Sequence record: ON529860.1 | Length of the DNA: 64,000 nt | Direction: 5' to 3' (one strand) | Shown here: piece after piece, positions 63,413 to 64,000 of the stretch | Numbering within the stretch: position 1 is the stretch's first letter | How the letters are laid out: each line of letters opens with the position of its first letter | Notes under the pieces: generated by a model | What the model saw: only the letters and a program-made list of their open reading frames with translations | What the model was told of the DNA's origin: nothing | Databases searched by the model: none | Made by a program: the position numbers and the translations under genes

Positions 63413-63696
63413 GCGGCGGCCTCCCGCGCCAGGAACCGCCGCCTCGCCTCGCGCGCCTTCATCCCGCACTCGGTCGTGATGGAGCCGAACGGCTCACCGA
63501 CGCCCTCCAGGCAGGCGTCCTCGTCGTTGGCGTAGCGCGCCAGCGCTTCATCGACCAGGGCCAGTTCGGCCTCCAGAGCCGCGATATGTTGGGCGGCGTC
63601 CTTGACCACGGCCGGTCCGCGCCAGTTATCGCAGCCCAGCTTGCCCGACTTGTCGAGGAAGTAGGCGGCGCGGGGTTTGATCAGATCAGGACCCAT
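63409..63696 (-). CDS. hypothetical protein, 95 aa
   Basis: GGGGA RBS before MGPDLIKP. Confidence 0.65.
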   Translation of the reverse strand: MGPDLIKPRAAYFLDKSGKLGCDNWRGPAVVKDAAQHIAALEAELALVDEALARYANDEDACLEGVGEPFGSITTECGMKAREARRRFLAREAAA

Positions 63697-64000
63697 AGTC
63701 GTCCCCCAGCTTGATTTCCAGGTTGGCGTACAGGTCCTCGGCGGCGGCCTTGAACCATTCATGTCCGGGCCGGAAGGCGTTGAAGTCGATCTCCGACCCG
63801 GTCTCGCGAGGCTGTAGCGCGGCGTTGTGCCAGTTGTTCGGATCGATGCCGGCCTTGCGCGCCAGGGCGAAAGAGATTTGCCGGATGGCGCCGGGGCGTT
63901 TGACCATGGAGCCGTGCTCCAGCGCCGACACCATCACCTCGACCAGATCGACCAGAGCCATGACCACCGAAGGATCGGCCTCGGCGGCGAAGGCGTTCTC
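63686..64000 (-). CDS. hypothetical protein (5' end outside window)
   Basis: Frame open to window edge. Confidence 0.6.
   Translation of the reverse strand, partial: ENAFAAEADPSVVMALVDLVEVMVSALEHGSMVKRPGAIRQISFALARKAGIDPNNWHNAALQPRETGSEIDFNAFRPGHEWFKAAAEDLYANLEIKLGDDYGS

Overview
A 64 kb stretch of a high-GC (about two-thirds by eye) lytic jumbo-phage genome. Gene content and regulatory signals point to a phiCbK-like Caulobacter/Brevundimonas siphophage; this is inferred, no database search was run. (1) 1-24.9 kb: about 45 short, mostly unknown genes, nearly all on the minus strand, arranged as self-contained cassettes. Each has a promoter built on a perfect CtrA-type box (TTAA-N7-TTAA-N11-TA; 33 perfect copies), a Shine-Dalgarno, and usually a GC hairpin plus a TTAA-CC-TTAA block. 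(2) Two composite repeat loci, about 7.45-9.33 kb and 24.96-26.85 kb, carry the same four motif families in the same order about 17.5 kb apart. They are candidate packaging signals at the two ends of a long terminal repeat. (3) 27-33.7 kb: packaging operon with TerL (containing a Pro1 class-3-type intein), TerS and a RuvC-like resolvase. (4) 33.8-38.9 kb: AT-rich iteron-like DNA, tandem repeats, a dispersed triple-hairpin element and tiny transcription units. (5) 38.9-64 kb: accessory genes, including a cluster of cold-shock-like domains, an ATP-grasp protein, Nudix and HD hydrolases and a six-HTH protein. This region also has tRNA-Arg(UCU) behind an AGA/AGG-containing leader ORF and terminator, and two candidate structured RNAs. 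No CRISPR array, rRNA, integrase or transposase was seen. Coordinates and counts were made by hand and may be off by a few bases.
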